Source: Octopus sinensis (Eukaryota). From it: DNA of 64,000 nucleotides. The stretch covers positions 106,392,001 to 106,456,000 of the forward strand of contig NC_043005.1 in the NCBI RefSeq assembly GCF_006345805.1, written 5' to 3'. The position numbers were made by a program, and so were the translations under genes. Position 1 is the first letter of the stretch. The number at the start of each line of letters is the position of its first letter. Under the pieces are notes generated by a model. That model saw nothing but the letters and a program-made list of their open reading frames with translations. It did not search any database and was not told the DNA's origin. This document shows positions 40,987-54,038 of the stretch, piece after piece.

Positions 40987-41381
40987 TCTTTATATATAAA
41001 AGTAAGGTTGTGTGTCTGTCTCCTACGATTTAGATTCCTAAATACTCCCACATTTTGCGGTGCAGTGTAACCAAAACCGGGTATCTTATAGTCGTGATTC
41101 ATATCGAGCCCTTCTGGGTATTAGCGCGCGTCTACGATGAGTCTGCGGTTTAAAAAAAAATTTACCATCATTTTTTCCATTTTAATGCATTTTTTCGCTA
41201 TTATATAAGGGAAGTAACTCTCTAAAAAATGTCTACGATGAGTCAACGATTAAAAAAAAATTACCATAATTTTTTTTCCATTTTTAATGCATTTTTTTCT
41301 ATTTTTTGGCTATAACTCTCTAAAAATGCTTATATAGTTATTTCCCTTACAAACCCGAGCAACGCCAGGCGATACTGCTAG
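40987..41381 (+). mobile_element. non-autonomous Helitron
   Basis: Starts TCTTTATATATAAAA and ends CCCGAGCAACGCCAGGCGATACTGCTAG. Contains an internal ~100-bp tandem repeat. Confidence 0.85.
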
Positions 41382-41896
41382 CATATATATATGTATAATA
41401 TATATGAGTATGTGTGCGTGTGCTTCTTTCCATCTTGATTAAGGCATTGGACTGCAGAGTTGCTTGGGTGTCGCCTTCAAGATTTGCTTTTGTCTACCAC
41501 GACGACCAAGTATTTATTTCAATCGGGAGCTTATTTTATCGATCTATATTGTCATAGAGTAGCTAAGTTATGACTTTGACAAAATTACGATTTTTAACTG
41601 GCGGTATCGTTTGGAACCTTTAAAATACATAAAGACAACACATACATTAACACATAGTCAAGCACACATGTTTATATGCATAGAAAATATAATACATAAA
41701 TCGTGTGCTTATAGCGGATTCCATACTGAATGCACGAAAGACTAAACTCATTGATAGTCTTCGTTAAAATATCAGCTTTATGAATCCTAAGCTAATAATA
41801 TGGAATACTAGTATTTAAGTAGCATTGAATAGCCTGCTTATAAAATAATAAAATTGATTTTGTGACTGAAACACACTCATATCTGCATTTAATCGG

Positions 41897-42288
41897 TACT
41901 CTTTTACTCTTTTACTTGTTTCAGTCATTTGACTGCGGCCATGCTGGAGCACCGCCTTTAGTCGAGCTACTAGACCCAAGGACTTGTTCTTTGTAAGCCC
42001 AGTACTTGTTCTATCGGTTTCTTTTGCCGAACCGCTAAGTGACGGGGACATAAACACGCCAGCATCGGTTGTCAAGCAATGCTAGGGGTACAAACACAGA
42101 CACACAAACACATACACATATATACGACGGGCTTCTTTCAGTTTCCGTCTACCAAATCCACTCACAAGGCATTGGTCGGCCCGGGGCAATAGTAGAAGAC
42201 ACTTGCCCCAGATGCCACGCAGTGGGACTGAACCCGGAACCATGTGGTTGGTTAGCAAGCTATTTACCACACAGCCACTCCTGCGCCT
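41897..42288 (-). mobile_element. SINE family B
   Basis: Full-length match. Confidence 0.9.
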
Positions 42289-42314
42289 GGTACTTAATTT
42301 CCTAACAATTTTTC

Positions 42315-42427
42315 TTATGAGAGAGATCCAGCACATTTTTAAACTTGGTCATTCTATGGTCTGTCTATAGCACTTATTCAGCATTACCTGACACCTTTGG
42401 GTCTCAATGACACCATTATCTTTAACA
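42315..42427. repeat. 113-bp direct repeat of 40815-40927
   Basis: Only two mismatches between the copies. Confidence 0.9.
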
Positions 42428-42439
42428 CACATACATATA

Positions 42440-42959
42440 CCGTAAATCCTCGAGTATAATCCGCATTTTTTCCCAAAATTTAAATGTCAAAATACCTAGT
42501 GCGTATTATATACGAGGTTAAAAATGAAAACTATTTTCTAAGCAATGTCCGAGTCTCTATTTGCTGTCCGGCAATGTTTATTCAGACGCATTTTGTGATG
42601 TCGGGCGCGAAAATACCTTAAGCTAAGCTTGAAAGCAATGATGTCATAAAAGAATCATCCATAACTTACAGTAAGCAACATTTATTAAAATAAAAGTATT
42701 CAGAACACAGAATAACATGTAACAAAAACAATTTGCAAACATATTTACATTCCCATATAACAGTTAAGGACATCACCATTATTGTATTACGCATGCGCAG
42801 AAGTGTTTGTTCGACTAGGTGCTGCTGGCTTAATTACGCACGGCTCAAGTTAGAGAAGGGATGCGTAACATACACAAGGTTTAGGTTTTTCAGAGGTACA
42901 GCCCCTAAAAATCCCCTGCGTATTATATTCAAGGGCGGGCTATACTCGAGGAGTTACGG
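42440..42959. mobile_element. Tc1/pogo-type MITE
   Basis: TIRs CCGTAAATCCTCGAGTATAATCCGC / GCGGGCTATACTCGAGGAGTTACGG flanked by TA on both sides. A subterminal TGCGTATTATA motif occurs twice. Confidence 0.85.
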
Positions 42960-43059
42960 TATATATACGAATGCATTATTTTGACCATCATAGTGTATTG
43001 AGCCTTGTGTCGATTATACAAAGATGCACACTCATGTATCTTACGTGTTATTCGTTATT

Positions 43060-45031
43060 TAGAATAAAGCAAAGAAGAATCTTTCACGATAGTACTCAAT
43101 ACACAAAACTAAGAATTTATATCGCAGAATGCAGGTATTCACGAGAAGACGCATTACCAGATAGACTGTCTGAGAAAAAGGTCGACAGATACCTGATAAG
43201 AATGATACATGATGTTCAGCACAGTTTCCCTGAAGTCGCTTACCCGAGAACATCATGAGCACTGTCGCTCGAGTAAATCGGAAGCCAAATTGGATTTCTG
43301 GTAAAATTATGTTCGATATCACGCATGAGAGGCTTTAGCATTACTCACAAAAGCAATGTACCCGCAGGCTCTAACAGAGTGATACCACGGAAATTGTCCT
43401 TTGAAAAAAACCCAAATGTTACAGTTGTCGAAAATCTGGACATAAAAGTTCACACAGTAAAGCAAAAGTACAAAAGTCAAATGTAAAAAAATCTAAAGTG
43501 CTCTCTGCTGAAAGTAAAATCGATTCCTAAATAAGAAAATTTGTACACGCAAAAATAAACAGAAAATATATTAATTTGCAACTGGATACTGGTAGTGACA
43601 TTTCAATCATTAACACCGACGCATGGCAGAAAATAGCGAAATCTATGTTAAGAGAAACAGCGAAAACTGCACGTGGCGTGACAGGTGATGCACTAAACTT
43701 TATAATGCCACATTTCGAGGAAAAACTTGCAAGGCGAAAGTTTTCATCGTAAAGAATGCAACGAACCTGTTTGGTACCGACAGGCTGGAGTTATTTAACT
43801 CATGGGATCTCCCCCTAGGTCTCTATTGCAAAAACATAATTGGTTGTCCCTCTAAAAATAAGCCGTCTGAGGAATTGAAGCGAAAATTAAAACAAATGTT
43901 TTCTCAGTTAATATCGGATGAGTTAGGTTTATGTAAAAAGACTGAAGTGTGTTTTCATTTAAAAGGAAACTTTGTGCCAGTATTCAAATCCAATAGAAAG
44001 TGCCGTTCGCTGCAATAAAAAACGTAGATGAAGAGTTAGACAGACTGGAAAATGTGGGATTGTTTAAAAGTGGATTACTCTGAATGAGCAGCTCTTACTG
44101 TGTGTCTATATATATATATAAAAAAAACAACAAAAGACAAAATTAGGCTAAGTGCCGATTTTTGTACTGGTCTGAATGACAGTTTAAAGACCTGTCACTA
44201 TCCAGTTCCTACTCCGAACGATTTTTTTGCAAGATGTAATAGTGCGAAAATATTCTCGAAATTGGATTTGTCTGAGGTGTATCTGCAAATAAAGGTTGAC
44301 GAGGAGTGCTCAAAACTTCTAACAGTAAATACACACAGAGGATTGTAGAAATATAATAGATTGCCTTTTGGTCTGAATGTCGCACCAGCAATATTTCAAT
44401 ATGGATGCGATGTTGGCGGACTGTCAATTCGCAACTCCATACCTGAATGATTAAAAGTAATTCGCGTGATCAGCATGTTGAGCATATAAAAGCTGTGTTT
44501 GAAAAAAATAAGAGGCTACGAGTTCACTCTGAGTGAGGAGAAATGTGAGTTCCTTTTGCCAAAAATCAAATTCTTAGGGCAAATCTCTATATAAAGCTGA
44601 AGTTGTCTGTGTATGGCAGGTTTGGTAGCCTTCAACTAACACTATCTCCTCCAAGTTGACAAAAATTGAGAGTATGATAGAAGTAGGCTTGTTCTTCCTT
44701 CCATAGAAGAAAAAATTCAAATCGGACCATGTTAACACCAAAAATTATTTACATAAAAAAGTGCTTTTCTTTCTATGAAAATCCTATTTTTTACGAGTTT
44801 TTGACTGCTGAGTCGCCATTTTTCGGTGTATTTCAACCAGAAAAATGTTCACTTAAAGAGAATAACAAGCTACATAATGCAAAAGTTTTACTTTTCAAAA
44901 ATTCTAATTTAAAAGGTCGAAAAAAACCCGAGCAACTCCGGAAAATACTGCTAGTTATTGATAAAAATGAAAGACCTTATGACCCGTCGAGGGCAGACAC
45001 AGTGAAAGATATGCTTCCCCAACATAACGGT
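43060..45031 (+). pseudogene. decayed Ty3/Gypsy (Mag/K02A2.6-like) gag-pol, interrupted by a Helitron
   Basis: Zinc-knuckle relic CYSCRKSGHKSSH (~43415-43460). Protease INLQLDTGSDISII (~43570-43610). RT motifs KIRLSADF.TGLN, FSKLDLSEVYLQI, YNRLPFGLNVAPAIFQ, PYLND and KIKFLGQIID. Stops and frameshifts throughout. Confidence 0.9.
44584..44954 (+). mobile_element. non-autonomous Helitron inserted in the Gypsy RT
   Basis: Starts TCTCTATATAAAG and ends CCCGAGCAACTCCGGAAAATACTGCTAG, at an A|T target with no TSD. Confidence 0.9.
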
Positions 45032-45863
45032 TAGTTCGTTTGGAATATTGATTGTTAGTTCGTGAAGAGATTATTGGATACAACTGCATCGTTATCTTGT
45101 TCACTGTTACTACACTGGTACAATGTATCTAAACCATCCGTCACAATATCGTGGCGATAACACGACATTTAGAGACGGAGGATACAAGAGTTTTTCTTTT
45201 GATTCCCAGAAGAGTGGTGCCCACATCGTATATACCAGACTATTGAAATTTCTCTAAGTTCCATCAAAACTGATATCATTAACTTGTTTTAGATTGAGTT
45301 TATTTATCGACATCAGTTCATTTTGATGGTTTTACACTAGTCATATGAATCTTTTTACGAATACGAAATTGGAATTTAGCCTGTATTAGGTAATGGTCAC
45401 TGTCGCAGTCTGCGCTTTATAAGACACGTAGATTGTAGACGTCTTGAATATCTGACTTTCGAATGAGGATTAAACCAATCAAGTGTCTTTGCTTTGATCG
45501 TGAATATGTCCATGATTTTTATGTCTTAATTTGTACCAAAAAATGGTCTACAAATGTTCAGAGCCAAGTTTAAGTAGGGGCAATCCATCACTATTCTCGT
45601 TACCAATATCATGGCAACTAAATGAACTCTAAATTTCAAACTGTCTACCCAGAAGAACGCCAAAAAATCTCACAGAATAATAATTTTTTACGAGTTGGTT
45701 TACAAGAAATGGTATTTCTGAGCAACTCACAGGATGATAAGACTATATCCTCGATAACCTGAAGAATAGAGACATAACGATATCTATACACGCATCTATC
45801 TATTTATCTCTCTCTGTCTCTGTACATACATACATAAATACACACATACATACATACATGCAC

Positions 45864-45896
<33 letters not shown>

Positions 45897-45908
45897 CACG
45901 CATGCACG

Positions 45909-45978
<70 letters not shown>

Positions 45979-45979
<1 letters not shown>

Positions 45980-46430
45980 CTTATTATAAAAGGCAGATTT
46001 TATCTGCCTCCCTTTGGGAGTTATACAAATCTACAATATAGGATTTCTTCAATTACAATTTACCTAGCAGTTTTAAGAGTACAATGCATCGCGTCATGCC
46101 AGGTCAGTTTTTAAAATTTAAACTCCAATTAAGCAAAATTTACAGAAAACTCACATTCTGGTGTGTGTGTCAAATGCTTTTCTTAGTCTGGTTTACACCA
46201 CACGCAAACGCACACACACAGTGGGCAACGAATAAAGTGAAACTAGATGTAATATTTGTTTCTCTCTATCACGCTGATAGATACATGAGTAAAATGTATG
46301 GGAAGCTAACACATAAGTGTGAGTGAAAATGTTCTTGGAAGAGAGTAAATAGCCAGAGATAGTGATTTGAGGAAGACTTGACTTTACATTAAATAACCGT
46401 AGTGGCTTGTGTTAGTAATAAAGTAAACAT
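45979..46430 (+). mobile_element. possible Helitron 5' fragment
   Basis: Starts TCTTATTATAAAAGGCAG like the other Helitron 5' ends. No 3' hairpin or terminal CTAG found. Confidence 0.35.
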
Positions 46431-46450
46431 ACACTCATACATACATACAT

Positions 46451-46481
<31 letters not shown>

Positions 46482-46544
46482 TACATACATACACACACAC
46501 ATACATACATACACACATACATACATACATACATATACATACAT

Positions 46545-46577
<33 letters not shown>

Positions 46578-46859
46578 TACACACACACACAGTATTGAAG
46601 CTTGAGAACAATCAGATACATTTGCAACACATCTGTTGAAAATATTATTGTTCACACACATACATATACATATATACATACAGACAGACAGACAGATAGA
46701 CACACACACACACACACACATGATCCAGCATGGCCACAACCTCAAGGCTGAAACATATAAAAGAATAACAGAATATAAATGTGTGCATGTGTGTGAGAGA
46801 GAGAGTGTGTGTGTATATGTATGTATGTATGTATGTATGCATGTATGTATATATATAAT

Positions 46860-47290
46860 AATGCGGTTTTTTCAACAGCTTGAACTAAAAGTCAGAGGGG
46901 AATGGGATAAACTACTTATATTAACTTGCTATAAAAGCAGGTAGTAATTTTATCTTGTCCTTATTCATAGTGCAAGTTTTGAAGAGTGCATTTCGATTTT
47001 AACAGCTATTTTTTTCAAAGCTATATTGGAACAGCCTAGAAGACGAGCCTCATCCTGAAAGATCTGTAGAAATCGACAAGGACATCCTGAAAACCCTGGT
47101 GGAACAAAATATCATCGTAACTGTTGAGGAACTAGCAGAGAAGCTTGGATTTGGTCATTCAACCATTCATTGACCTGTGTGCTATCGGAAAAGTCAGCAA
47201 ATTGGGTCAATGGGTTCCTCACGAACTTTCCGAGTCTAATTGTATGCAGAGAGTGAATGTATGCTTTTCTTTGCTGTCACATCTCACCAC
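46860..47290 (+). pseudogene. mariner transposase fragment
   Basis: SLEDEPHPERSVEIDKDILKTLVEQN..VTVEELAEKLGFGHSTIH...IGKVSKLGQWVPHELSE (HTH plus WVPHEL). Confidence 0.85.
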
Positions 47291-47306
47291 TACTGCGCTA
47301 TGTATA

Positions 47307-47940
47307 TCTATATATTATAAAACTGTAGTTGTGTGAGTGTCTGTCCCCTTCGATTTAGATTCCTAACTACTCCCACATTTTGCGGTGCAGTTTAACCAAA
47401 TTCGGGTAGCTTATAGTCGTGATTCATATCGAGCCCGTCTGAGTATTAGCGCGCGTCTACGATGAGTCTACGATTTAAAAATAATTTAACATCATTTTTT
47501 ATTCCATTTTAATGCATAATTTTTCGTGTGTCGATGGCGGCGGAGTTGGCGTCCACGCTCACACCTGCACCTGTGGGGAAGGGAGTGTAAGGAAATCAAC
47601 GTCGTAATGCGTTGTCAAGGAGACCAGCGTTCTTTTAGAACAACGACTTCATGGCTTGAAGACACCAAAACAGAAATGGCTAAGAAAGCGTCTACATGAG
47701 TCTACGATTTAAAAAAAAATTTACCATCGTTTTTTTCCATTTTAATGCATTTTTTCGCTATTATATAAGGGAAGTAACTCTCTAAAAATGTCTACGATGA
47801 GTCAACGATTTTTCAAAAAATTTACCATCGTTTTTTTCCATTTTAATGCATTTTTTGCTATTTTTTGGCTATAACTCTCTAAAAATGCTTATATAGTTAT
47901 TTCCCTTACAAACCCGAGCAACGCCGGGCGATACTGCTAG
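47307..47940 (+). mobile_element. non-autonomous Helitron with extra internal segment
   Basis: Starts TCTATATATTATAAAA and ends CCCGAGCAACGCCGGGCGATACTGCTAG followed by T. Homologous to 40987-41381 plus an extra block at ~47520-47690. Confidence 0.88.
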
Positions 47941-48720
47941 TATATAATAAAAGGGTAAATAATTTTTTCGATGGTTATTCAGACAACCAACAATTATTTA
48001 CCGGTAGATTTCGGTATGTAAATATGACCTTTAGCGTCGGGAACTTCTGGGGAGTTCAGTATATATAGTATATAAGTAAAAGGGCAGGCAACAGGTTACT
48101 CTGCCGCATACCGAAAGAATTAGAAATAGCAGTCAGAGACTGGTTATTTCCATTTTCTACAAGTGGGGGTTCCATATACGACATAACCCTGCAATACACA
48201 TACGCAAAATAGGAGGAGGAAATAAACGAAAACAATGCCTTACCGTTAATGGTGAACATGATTCTAGATCGTAGGCGAGAAATTGCCTTATGTCTTTCTT
48301 CAGCACCATCTTCGTTAGATTTATCACATGCCACCAGCCTCCACTTTTGGCCAGGCGTCATCAAATAGTGGGGGTAAAGTGAGCATAGGCTAAAACTAAG
48401 TAGACGATTGAAACCGTAAATTGTCCCTCCAAAATTCTGCCATGCGCACCACCGAGATAGTCGTAATGGAGTAAGAAATCCAATTAGTAATATACTAAAA
48501 GGGCAAGTAATTTTTTCGATGGTTTTTCAGACAACCAACAATTATTTACCGGTAGATTTCGGTATGTAAATATGACCTTTAGCGTCGGGAACTTTTGTGG
48601 AGTTCAGTATATATAGTATATAAGTAAAAGGGGCAGGCAACAAGTTGCTCTGCCGCATACCGAAAGAATTAGAAATAGCAGTCAGTGACTGTTTATTTCC
48701 ATTTACTACAAGTGAGGGCT
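47941..48720 (+). repeat. head-to-tail tandem unit of ~548 bp (1.4 copies)
   Basis: 47941-48170 is repeated at 48488-48720 with few substitutions. Confidence 0.85.
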
Positions 48721-48816
48721 TGTAAATTATTTACTTATATATATATATATGTGTATGCATGCATTTATATATATATGTATTTAATATATGTATGTATTTA
48801 TTCATATATATGTACG

Positions 48817-48868
<52 letters not shown>

Positions 48869-48940
48869 TAGGATCCTTTGTAGAAGAACATAAATCGGAG
48901 GAGACGCACGCTGTAAGATGTAGAGTAGCAAATATTATGC

Positions 48941-48971
<31 letters not shown>

Positions 48972-49015
48972 TACATACATACATACATACATACATACAT
49001 ACATACATACATACA

Positions 49016-49053
<38 letters not shown>

Positions 49054-49359
49054 ACGCCATAGGACCTCCACAACATAGAAGCATAGAGGACAGAAGTCAA
49101 GGAAGGATATAAAGCAAGTTGCAACGATGTAATGAGATCTTTCCACAATATGTTAACACCGTTCTACACCGCCATAGATGCTGTCATTAACATTTCCAAT
49201 TGCCCTGTTTCATTAACGATTAAACATGCCTTGTCTTCAATACACTGACTTGGTTTACTGATTTATTAGATTTTTAAGGAAACTGTGTATATCAGTGTAT
49301 GTTCCTATGTATTAATATATATGACTGTATGTGATGTTTGTTGCTTATGTATGTGTCAT

Positions 49360-49369
<10 letters not shown>

Positions 49370-49398
<29 letters not shown>

Positions 49399-49446
49399 GT
49401 ATTATGTATGTATGTATGTATGTATGTATGTATGTATGTATGTATG

Positions 49447-49480
<34 letters not shown>

Positions 49481-49502
49481 TGTATGTATGTATGTATGTA
49501 TG

Positions 49503-49536
<34 letters not shown>

Positions 49537-49637
49537 TGTATGTATATACATATATATATGTATATATATATATATGTGTGTGTATATATATATATGTATA
49601 TATATACACATATGTATATATATATATAATATATATA

Positions 49638-49686
<49 letters not shown>

Positions 49687-49712
49687 ATATATATAATATA
49701 TATATATATATC
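49370..49712. repeat. (TATG)n/(TA)n microsatellite
   Basis: Directly visible. Confidence 0.9.
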
Positions 49713-50124
49713 GGTGTTTGTGATTATATATGCACCTATATATGTATGTATCAGTTATGTGTTATATATGTGGCAGTATATGTTGGACATGTATTTATGT
49801 GTATATAGTTAAACATGTATAAGAGTGTATAATTATTTATGTGTATGTTTATTCATTTCTCGATGTATAGAGAAATGGATAGTTAGATGAATGTTTCAAG
49901 TACAGGCAAAAATTCATACTCCTATATATTTATACACCTGTACATTTCTACATATTTATGTATGTATATTTGCATTTATGTAAATTACAGGTGTGCAAAG
50001 ATACATACCTACTCATACTCACACACTTATTCACACGTAAACCTATGTATGTGTGTGTGCGAGCATATGTGTATGTATATGTGTGTGTGTTTCTGTGTGC
50101 GTGTGTGAGAGAGAGAGAGAGATA

Positions 50125-50156
<32 letters not shown>

Positions 50157-50511
50157 CTGAATGAGAAGAGAGTGAGAACAGACGTTTTGTATAATTGTGA
50201 AAGTAAAAGACTATAGAGGCAGGCTTAAATAAACACACAGGCATTTGTATTTGGACTTGAGTATGTGTAAACATATACACACATACATATGTCAAATATA
50301 GCATTTTATATAAATAAATAAATATATATATAAATAAACAACATAGAAGCATAGAGGACGGAAGTATATATACATATAGACATACGTGTGTGTATATATA
50401 CGTACATATATATATGCGTATATATCTATATATCTATAACTATATATATATATATATACACATATAAATACACACACACACATATATATACACATACACA
50501 CACACACGCAC

Positions 50512-50591
<80 letters not shown>

Positions 50592-51549
50592 AGTATGTAT
50601 ATATACACTCACACAAACTTATTTACATACTCCGATAGTGTGTACACATATATAAATAACAAATGTGTCTATATGTAAAAAGTATTTAAACATACATACA
50701 TACACGTACATTTACACACACACATACACACACACTCATATATATATACGTGCATACTCATAAATGTATAGATATGCATACAAATATTCATAGATACATA
50801 CTTTAGATATAATCCTTTGTGTATGTATTTACGTATGTATGCATGTATGTATGCCTGCACGTATATATATATATATATACATACCCGCACACATATATAT
50901 ACATATATGTATGTATATATATATACACTCGCGCGCACATACACACACTCATATATTTACCTGTTGGTTGTTAACAAGTACGTTGGTGTAGAGACGGTGT
51001 TACTGTAAGTGTTGTTTATCTGATTGTACCTTCGAATCTACCAATCTCACTTTTGTCATTCAAGCTAATATTATACCAAATTTTTTGTTCTCTTATTTAT
51101 TTGTTAATTCCTTCAACTTGTCTGGAAAGTAATTTTACTTCGAAATAAAGACAACCAACGAAACGTCGATTTTGTAAATTTCTGCATGTTCTTTTAATTA
51201 CGAGTTGGAAATGTATGTACTGTTGACATACGTACTGAAATTGTCTCTGTGTGTCTCTGTGTGCATCGGGATATACATGAATGCATGCAAGCATATATAC
51301 GGATATGACTAGATAAATGCATACGTGTACGTAGATGTGTAAGTATGTAGGTGTGTCCTTTTTTTTAAGTATTTGAATTCCTATTTGGTTGAAGTTGGTT
51401 TCTGACATACATAAGGCCATGAAAACAAAGTTTCCCTTGTTATCACATGCTTTGAGGCTCAATCCTGCGACAAAAATTCTGGAGAGGATTTGTTCTATCA
51501 TAGCCATAGATTCGCAAATTAAAATTGACACGTGCAAGCCTCACACTTT

Positions 51550-51551
<2 letters not shown>

Positions 51552-51581
<30 letters not shown>

Positions 51582-51591
51582 CATACATACA

Positions 51592-51625
<34 letters not shown>

Positions 51626-51782
51626 CATACATACATGCATGCATACATACATGCATATATACAAGCATGCATGCATACATACATACATACATACATACAT
51701 ACATACATACACACATACATACATACATGCATACATGCATACATACAAGCATGCATGCATACATACATACATACATGTACAT
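51552..51782. repeat. (TACA)n microsatellite
   Basis: Directly visible. Confidence 0.9.
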
Positions 51783-52229
51783 AGTCGACAGGTTTCGTTT
51801 CTGCTAATCATGACTAAGTAGATAGCAATAATATTACAATTTTATGCAATCATAATAAGTCTTCATTCAATGTTAAAAGGAGAATGGATGACAAGTGTGT
51901 GGGCTACACTGTGGGATCGAATCCGGAAACATTTATACAGATGATAGTAGAAAGGAAATTAAGAGAGCGTTCAACATGTAGAGGTTAAATATTTCGTTGC
52001 TGAAATCTAGATTACTCAAAGTTTTACAAACGCTAAATTCTATTTGACCCACCCTTTGAAATTTCTGGCTGCGAGCTGCATGTAATGTCTCGGGGTACTG
52101 TCTGTTTGAGCGAAAATCTTATAATTTTGATATGATTCAGTTGTTAATCCCGCTCACGTTATTTACATATTTCTTGTTACTTCCCCACTGAGTTACGTAC
52201 ATTCTCATAAAATTTTGTTTTTGTTTGAT

Positions 52230-52615
52230 AGGCGCAGGAGTGGCTGTGTGGTAAGTAGCTTGCTTACGAACCACATGGTTCCGGGTTCAGTCCCACTGTG
52301 TAGCACCTTGGACAAATGTCTTCTACTATAGCCTTGGGCCAACTAAAGCCTTGGTAGACGGATACTGAAAGAAGCCCGTCGTATATATATATATATGTGT
52401 GTGTGTATGTGTGTGTATATGTTTGTGTATCTGTGTGTGTCCCCCTAACATCGCTTGACAACCGATGCAGGTGTGTTTAGGTCCCCGTAACTTAGCGGTT
52501 CGGCAAAAGAGACCGATAGAATAAGTACTTGGCTTACAAAGAATAAGTGCGGGGGTGGATTTGCACGACTCCAGCATGGCCACAGTCAAATGACTGAAAC
52601 AAGTAAAGTGAGTAT
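52230..52615 (+). mobile_element. SINE family B
   Basis: Match with small deletions. Confidence 0.88.
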
Positions 52616-52799
52616 AAAGACAGGTACATCATATATGAACCTTTTATAGAGAACAGAAGAACGATGCCATCAAGTTCTTTGGATGGAAATATTCTGAGGA
52701 TGCATCCATCTGCACGCATGTACACACACAGACACACACAAACACACACAGACAAACATATATGTATAGGTGTATGTACTGACGGCTATCTACAGGCCC

Positions 52800-53290
52800 T
52801 CCTAAACAAGTAAGATTGAAGCCGTTGATGGATGAATAGCGTAAGTCAATAACTGTAAATAAGATATTACAAGGGAGAGAATATCAGAGGGTTGCCGTTC
52901 AAGGAAGGAAGGACTGGTTGTAACGATTTCGACGGTAGGAAGAACGGTAGGAGAACAGGAAACGAGTGGAACGATAATAATTGAGTGGATGTGGCATGAG
53001 TTAGCTCTATAGACCAAGAACCATTATAACAGAGGTGAGAAAATCGGTCAGAGGCGCCAGTATGTTTCTGGTTGAGAGGTTGGAGCGAGCCTGTTAAAGA
53101 TTTTGTGCCAGGCAGACGAGTAGCTCTTTTCTGAAAAATGGTCTTCGATGCTTATGTGTACAGTAGCAGCAAAGTCCAAGATGTTACAGCACCTCTCCAT
53201 TGTGTTCCTCATATGTGCTTTGTGAAGTATCAATCACTGTTGGGGGACGAAGTATTTTCTGGGACTGAAAAGAAATGTCAGTCATTGGGT
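52800..53290 (-). pseudogene. L2/CR1-group LINE ORF2 C-terminal relic
   Basis: Minus-strand LILHKAHMRNTMERCCNIL...QKRATRL...SLQPL resembles the LYKAQIRP.LEYCS.IW...QRRA.RLI...LQPL consensus. Heavily decayed. Confidence 0.6.
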
Positions 53291-53958
53291 TAGGGCTAAA
53301 AAGAATAACGGAATAAAAGAATACATGAACTAAATGCAGACACAAACATAGAGAAAAACAGAAAAACAAGAGTAAATTTTTTTTGCGTTCTATAGCTATC
53401 AGTTGGCTGTAATAAAAGGAACTACGACAGATGGCCTATAGAATAGGTATTCTTTCTGACGTATGTTTTGAAGATGGAGTTGCACCATCTTCTGAATTGC
53501 TTGGATACAACAATTCTAAGTGAATTAAGTTTCCCGAATTAAGTGGAAATGACTGGCTTCCTTTCAAGCAACACCTACAAAATATAGTGGATTCGATGAA
53601 TTTCATTTCTTTTATACATTAATAGACTCGGATTTAGCTGCGGACTGGTGTTTGCTTGTAAATATGTATGTGAGTATATATATATGCATTTATATACACA
53701 CATTTGTATATATACTCAGTATATATATATATATATATATATTATGTGAAATAGAAAGATGAATAATCTTGTAGTAGATTAATCAAAAGTTTAACCGATA
53801 CCTTAGTAGCAAAAATCACAGCAGTGAACAGCACGGTTGGAGGTACAACCATCTGGCGTTGCAACCGTGCGTTGGTGCGGATAATTGAAATTAAAACATT
53901 ATTGGTGAATTGAAGAAATGGAGCTGAACGCAGATTGAACAGAAATCGTTTTATTTCA

Positions 53959-54038
53959 TTCTACACGTGTTTCGAAAGGCACAAATTACCAAAATCCGAT
54001 TGAATAATGGGACCATATTGTGTCTTTCTCTTCAGGAA
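53959..54038 (-). ncRNA. type I hammerhead ribozyme with extended stem II
   Basis: UUC CUGAAGA GAAAGACACAA-(33 nt)-UUGUGCCUUUC GAAAC ACGU GUA GAA. Palindromic stem III ACACGUGU. Confidence 0.75.

Noticed and set aside
45035-45190. Possible Gypsy LTR end and primer-binding site
   Set aside because: Only a weak resemblance to TGGCGACGAG, and no paired LTR is found in the window.
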